Source: a virus. Taken from it: 19,497 nucleotides of DNA. Both the position numbers and the translations under genes were made by a program. Positions 15,504 through 19,497 of this stretch are shown here, one piece after another; the first letter of the stretch is position 1, and each line of letters begins with the position of its first letter. The notes under the pieces are model-generated. The model had not been told where the DNA came from and did no database searches. It saw nothing but the letters and a program-made list of their open reading frames with translations. The stretch is taken from the UHGV virus genome UHGV-0127427. One strand, written 5' to 3'.

Positions 15504-16381
15504 ACTTCACCCTCGCTTGTATCACCAGCGTCCACCAACGACAATAAAGCCCTGGCCATCTTATGAACCAACAGTGCATCAATAATGCCAAGCGTATGCC
15601 CCGGCTTAATGTTTAATGCTGCCTCAAGATGACACCTTTCCAGACCGCTTTTCTCGGCTTGTTTATGATGATATGGCGTAATAACGTCGCCCAAAACACG
15701 GCTAATTCTTTCTCGTAATTGCTGGGTGCCAGCACACTTGATCGCTGTATCGTGGAGACGGTTAACCAGTTCGCGATAAACATGCGGCTTAATGCGGATA
15801 CGTTCACCGGTGACGCCCTTTCCTGGCGTAGGCACCGAACTATCCGGAATATCCGGATAGTTGCCAGCCAGTCTACGCAAAACAGCCTTAATTGCATCAA
15901 TACGGTCATCATCAACTTTTTCTACAATATTGGAATTTAAATACTTCGAAGCCTTGCTATGCCAATCGCTGGTTTTAGGGTCTTGTCCATCCATCAAACG
16001 CCAAGCTTCAGCGATTAACTCATAGCCAGTAACAGTGGCTTCCTGCGCATCACCAATCAGTTGTGTGATCTCTCTTTCAAGCATGCTTAGAGCGTTAGGC
16101 ATTGGTTTTTCTTCCGGTACTACTGGAACGGGGGGAGCGGCGTAGACCTCAATAATTCCATTATCAATAGGCCATTCTCCATCCTTGAGGTAGTCACTTG
16201 TGCCGTCAACTTGCTGTTCTGCAATGTGGAATGCACCTATTGGTTTTGCTTCCAGTGATGCCAGAGCAATTCGTGCCAGTTCTTCCGCTTCTTCTGCTGG
16301 CAGTACAACGTTGCTACCAGGTCCGTATGTTTCGCGCCACTGCTTGATTGTCAGTAGTCGCTCTTTGGTAATAGTGGTCAT
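15500..16381 (-). CDS. hypothetical protein, 293 aa
   Basis: ATG 16381 preceded by AGGAAA at 7 nt; no motif recognised. Confidence 0.55.
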   Translation of the reverse strand: MTTITKERLLTIKQWRETYGPGSNVVLPAEEAEELARIALASLEAKPIGAFHIAEQQVDGTSDYLKDGEWPIDNGIIEVYAAPPVPVVPEEKPMPNALSMLEREITQLIGDAQEATVTGYELIAEAWRLMDGQDPKTSDWHSKASKYLNSNIVEKVDDDRIDAIKAVLRRLAGNYPDIPDSSVPTPGKGVTGERIRIKPHVYRELVNRLHDTAIKCAGTQQLRERISRVLGDVITPYHHKQAEKSGLERCHLEAALNIKPGHTLGIIDALLVHKMARALLSLVDAGDTSEGEV

Positions 16382-16465
16382 GCCGCGTTTCCTTCTTTCT
16401 TATTAACAATTACACCGTCATATATTTCATTAAGGTGGCGAACAACAAGAAACTGATTTCCGACT

Positions 16466-16603
16466 TCACGGACTTCGTTGCTTTCCAGTTCTGCTATCCA
16501 TAAAAATGAAATGGACGCTAACGCCAGCTTTTCGCTGTGCTTCCATCAGATGAACGAGATAAGCCGATGTTCGTCCACCTGAAAAGCTGACGACTTGATG
16601 CAT
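16466..16603 (-). pseudogene. 5' remnant of a PP-loop (PAPS-reductase-like) gene, 45 codons then stop
   Basis: Encodes MHQVVSFSGGRTSAYLVHLM... carrying the SGGxxS PP-loop signature, but terminates after 45 codons; the remainder of such a ~250-aa domain is absent. Confidence 0.4.
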
Positions 16604-16612
16604 ACTCACGGT

Positions 16613-17191
16613 TTATTCCTGAATGCGCTTAAACTCGATTACCCATACCAACGGGTTAGATAGCCAGTTATCCTGCCCGTAAATACTGCGCCAGATATCA
16701 CCAAAACCAACGCGATAAACAGCTTCAGATGGCGTAATCTTGTACGTCGCCGGAGTTGCGCCTTCTGCTTTAGCATCTTCCTCGCTCATGTCATGCAGCC
16801 GTTCCACACGCACGTCGGTAATTTCCAAAAGAATGCGCGATGCCCAGCGCGGCATGTGAATTGATGGCGTCCACTTTTCTGATACTGGTTTATTACAAAC
16901 CTCGACCGGAACCCGGTGCGTTTGTTCTGTCCAGGAGTTACGCACGCTTGCGCGATAAACCAGCGTTGCGACGTCCGTCGCTTTGCCATGTACCCGGTAG
17001 GTTTCGCGAACCCAAATACGATCGCCCGGTTGACCATATGGACAATGCTTGGCAAGCAACTCTGCGGCCACTGCCCGTCCATAGAATTTTTCTTCAACAA
17101 TCCTGCGAGTCTGTGTTTTATTCCCGCCAAGAATTGCCCGGACCATCTCATCGTTAAAAATCATGCCGCGCTCTTTCACTTCGCCTTTCAT
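16613..17191 (-). CDS. hypothetical protein with ASCH/PUA-like N-terminal motif, 192 aa
   Basis: N-terminal MIFNDEMVRAILGGNKTQTRRI resembles the ASCH-domain GxKxxExR signature; AGGGGGA precedes the ATG at 17191. Confidence 0.45.
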   Translation of the reverse strand: MKGEVKERGMIFNDEMVRAILGGNKTQTRRIVEEKFYGRAVAAELLAKHCPYGQPGDRIWVRETYRVHGKATDVATLVYRASVRNSWTEQTHRVPVEVCNKPVSEKWTPSIHMPRWASRILLEITDVRVERLHDMSEEDAKAEGATPATYKITPSEAVYRVGFGDIWRSIYGQDNWLSNPLVWVIEFKRIQE

Positions 17192-17200
17192 GCATCCCCC

Positions 17201-17287
17201 TTACCCATGTGCGACGATGCCGCCAAAAGTGATAGAGAACAGCCAGAAATAGATCGCGGCCATAATGATTTTGAATGCCGTGTTCAT
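17201..17287 (-). CDS. small hydrophobic peptide, 28 aa, translationally coupled to the downstream ASCH-like gene
   Basis: MNTAFKIIMAAIYFWLFSITFGGIVAHG; CAGGAG 8 nt upstream of the ATG; its stop overlaps the RBS of the next gene. Confidence 0.3.
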   Translation of the reverse strand: MNTAFKIIMAAIYFWLFSITFGGIVAHG

Positions 17288-17315
17288 ATTTTCAGCTCCT
17301 GTGATTGATTGGATA

Positions 17316-17346
17316 CATGCCGCGCCTTGCGGCATGTTTTTATTTT
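17316..17346 (+). terminator. plus-strand terminator-like hairpin (CAUGCCGC-GCCUU-GCGGCAUG followed by UUUUUAUUUU)
   Basis: 8-bp stem, 5-nt loop, T-rich tail on the plus strand, 4 nt after the GATTGATTGG motif; both flanking genes are on the minus strand. Confidence 0.4.
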
Positions 17347-17369
17347 CACTTTCTCTGTTTTAAAAATCA

Positions 17370-17386
17370 TTATTTATTAGAGCAAT
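17370..17386 (-). promoter_or_regulatory. C1 operator-like site upstream of the small-peptide/ASCH unit
   Basis: Minus-strand sense ATTGCTCTAATAAATAA (15/17), overlapping the stop of the HAD-like gene. Confidence 0.6.
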
Positions 17387-17892
17387 TATTGTTGATGGAG
17401 AAGCGCGTTTTCATACTCCCTGACCATTAACGTAAGCACGCCGTGCCTCCTGAAAACACGCGCCACTTCAATCTTATCTTCCAGCGCGAACGCAATTTTG
17501 CTTAGACCAATTTTCTTAAGGAGATCAATCTTTGCTGGACCGTCATTTCTGTCATCGGTGGCGGGACGCATAGATAGCAAAGGCTCTGCCCCATTTGTTA
17601 CGTGCTTACGCAACCAGGCTCGTGTTTTATCCCTGGCTATCTCACAGCGCCCGGTTACAAACCAGAGCGTGTAAATGCTGGACAACTGGCGCACCATATC
17701 AATAACTGGAGTGATGGAAGCATCAGTGTCACAGGCAAGGTTAAACTCGTTCCAGTGCTCTGTTAATGCACCGTTGCCAGGCGGTGGAAGTAAATGCAGC
17801 CTGTCTTCCGTTGCCTCCGATATCGTTCCATCAATATCTACTATGACAATGTACGGACGTTCCTGGTGTGCGTGTTTATTGAAAATACTCAA
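17386..17892 (-). CDS. HAD-superfamily phosphatase-like protein, 168 aa, TTG start
   Basis: HAD motif I DxDGT in IVIVDIDGTISEA; TTG start preceded by GAGGAGG at 4 nt; no ATG alternative nearby. Confidence 0.55.
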   Translation of the reverse strand: MSIFNKHAHQERPYIVIVDIDGTISEATEDRLHLLPPPGNGALTEHWNEFNLACDTDASITPVIDMVRQLSSIYTLWFVTGRCEIARDKTRAWLRKHVTNGAEPLLSMRPATDDRNDGPAKIDLLKKIGLSKIAFALEDKIEVARVFRRHGVLTLMVREYENALLHQQ

Positions 17893-17911
17893 ATGCCCTC
17901 CTCATTGGACG

Positions 17912-17942
17912 AAAAAAATGCTGGTGGGCGCACTCCACCAGC
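17912..17942 (-). terminator. intrinsic terminator downstream of the 420-aa gene
   Basis: Minus-strand sense GCUGGUGG-AGUGCGC-CCACCAGC followed by AUUUUUUU. Confidence 0.5.
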
Positions 17943-17964
17943 ATTAAAAGTGACACTGTAACTA

Positions 17965-19227
17965 TCAGCGAACGTAAATAGTGCCGCCGTTCACTTTTTC
18001 CCATGCATCGCTAAGTGCATAGCAAACATCAAGAAGTCTTCTTGCCGCTGTTTCCTCTAAACCCAATTCGACAACCAACTGCTCATGACGGCGGGTAACC
18101 ACATCAAACAGGGTATGCAGCCCTTTAGCTGCCAGATCATCAATAAATTCCGGTTCGAACGGCAGCTCTGCATCTGCCAACATAACCTCTTGCGCCCACT
18201 CAACTCGACGGACCAGTTCCGGGCGGCGGCTTTCCATCTCTTTACAGATCAATTCATGGAAGAACTCTACCCAACCTTCCGGCTGGAACTCGCGGAAAAT
18301 TGCCAACGGCTGGAAGTTTGGCATCAACCATTCGTTGATTCGGATATCAATGGCATAGCCCATGTCGCAGCAGAACTGATAAGCAAAGTCCAGCTTAGAA
18401 ACGATATAAGGACGCTCGTTATTGAACTCTTTAGGCGATGAGATCCCATAAGCCAGGAGGCGCGGGAAGAATGAGATTTGCCCTAACGTCGGATGGAGTT
18501 TGCTTGCAGGAAAACGGCGCTCAGTAATGCCATACATTTCCTTCTTGAGCGTCGCAAATTTAGCATTTTCATTAACCAGCGCGGTAACCTCTGCTTTTTT
18601 ATTAGCAAATGCCACGCGCGCTTCGCTTGCATCTTTAATAGTTTTTTTGAGCTGTTGGTTAAGATCGGCGACCTGCTTACGCAGTTCCTGTCGCTCGCTT
18701 TTAGCTTTGTTATAGCGTTTCTCAAGGTTAAAAGGATCAAGTTTCATGATCTCTTTATATTGAGATTTTAGCGTTGAAATCTGTGAGTTCCGCAGTTCAA
18801 CCATCGCGGTCATTTCATTGAGTTTTGTTTCCAGCTCAATGCTTATACGTTCGGCATTATCAGCACGCTGGTTGGCGTCATGCGTCGCATCGTCGATCGC
18901 GTCCTGTTGCTGGCGTTTCAAATGTTCAATTTGCAGCTGAAGCTCTTCAATTTCTTTACCCTTCAGACCGAGATCCAACTGCATATTTTCAGCTGCATCT
19001 ACCAGGGAGTTATGGCTATCAGCTTCTGCGTTATAAACATCAATAAGCTGTGCGTGAAGCATCTCCGCTGACTGAACCGCATTATCAAAAAAACGCGCTG
19101 TGAGGTCATCACAACTAACGCGGCGTTGCGCGGCCCGGATGTTCTGGATAATGGCCGGGATACCGGCATTCAGGACGTCAGGGATAGATACATTTTCGAT
19201 TGATTGGTTTTGTGCTGAAGTGCTCAT
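17965..19227 (-). CDS. hypothetical protein, 420 aa, long central coiled coil plus globular C-terminal region
   Basis: ATG 19227 lies 1 nt after the upstream 72-aa ORF stop; central ~200 aa are heptad-rich (E/K/Q/L); no catalytic motif recognised. Confidence 0.55.
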   Translation of the reverse strand: MSTSAQNQSIENVSIPDVLNAGIPAIIQNIRAAQRRVSCDDLTARFFDNAVQSAEMLHAQLIDVYNAEADSHNSLVDAAENMQLDLGLKGKEIEELQLQIEHLKRQQQDAIDDATHDANQRADNAERISIELETKLNEMTAMVELRNSQISTLKSQYKEIMKLDPFNLEKRYNKAKSERQELRKQVADLNQQLKKTIKDASEARVAFANKKAEVTALVNENAKFATLKKEMYGITERRFPASKLHPTLGQISFFPRLLAYGISSPKEFNNERPYIVSKLDFAYQFCCDMGYAIDIRINEWLMPNFQPLAIFREFQPEGWVEFFHELICKEMESRRPELVRRVEWAQEVMLADAELPFEPEFIDDLAAKGLHTLFDVVTRRHEQLVVELGLEETAARRLLDVCYALSDAWEKVNGGTIYVR

Positions 19228-19228
19228 T

Positions 19229-19447
19229 TCAAAGTTCCGTATTAGCTTGTGCTTCGGTCATTTTTCCTAAGTATGAAGGAGGAAGGACTACGCAATTTGT
19301 ATCCAGTCCCTCACCTATGGCAGCCTGTAAAATTCTGGCTAAGGTGAGTCTCTTGTTGCGATACCTGGTGATGACATGCCTGATACCGCCGGTCGGCGTA
19401 ACAAAGGCGATCAGCCAGTAGTGATATTTCCGTCGGAATGGCCACAT
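19229..19447 (-). CDS. hypothetical protein, 72 aa
   Basis: ATG 19447 preceded by AAGGTG at 4 nt; coupled to the 420-aa gene. Confidence 0.4.
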   Translation of the reverse strand: MWPFRRKYHYWLIAFVTPTGGIRHVITRYRNKRLTLARILQAAIGEGLDTNCVVLPPSYLGKMTEAQANTEL

Positions 19448-19461
19448 AGTGCACCTTGTAG

Positions 19462-19478
19462 ATTGTTCTAATAAAAAA
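19462..19478. promoter_or_regulatory. C1 operator-like site upstream of the 72-aa/420-aa unit
   Basis: ATTGTTCTAATAAAAAA (13/17) about 15 bp upstream of the 72-aa gene start. Confidence 0.4.
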
Positions 19479-19497
19479 CGTTATGAGTGTACATCAC

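Noticed and set aside
15613-16406. Alternate-frame ORFs inside the 293-aa gene (15613-15915, 15719-15940, 16200-16406)
   Set aside because: Shadow ORFs within a longer RBS-supported gene.
1-19497. CRISPR array, IS element or transposase
   Set aside because: No regularly spaced direct repeats, no terminal inverted repeats flanking a transposase-like ORF, and no DDE or serine-recombinase-like protein other than Cre.

Overview
This 19.5-kb window reads as a segment of a P1-family temperate phage / phage-plasmid. Recognisable P1 landmarks are cre with an adjacent 34-bp loxP site, the immC region (coi, c1), the phd-doc addiction module, humD with a LexA box, ref, lxc/ulx and the 3' end of a darB-like gene, plus at least seven sites matching the C1 operator consensus ATTGCTCTAATAAATTT. 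Relative to canonical P1 gene order as I recall it, two loci look replaced. The res-mod position between lxc and mat holds a ~1.7-kb AT-rich island with an EAL-domain gene split by a frameshift at a G6 tract and a divergent orphan ORF. The lpa-pacA-pacB position between pdcB and c1 holds an antirepressor-like gene behind a C1-operator-like site. The right third (13-19.5 kb) encodes mostly uncharacterised proteins, two small hydrophobic peptides, a PP-loop gene remnant, a gene interrupted by an in-frame amber codon, and an ~850-bp non-coding stretch with tandem DnaA-box-like 9-mers. A 10-bp motif GATTGATTGG recurs four times, three of them next to a hairpin and a Shine-Dalgarno sequence. All assignments rest on reading the sequence, motif recognition and recalled P1 biology; no database search or folding could be run, so names for poorly conserved genes (darB, ulx, mat, cra, pdcA, pdcB) are positional and provisional.
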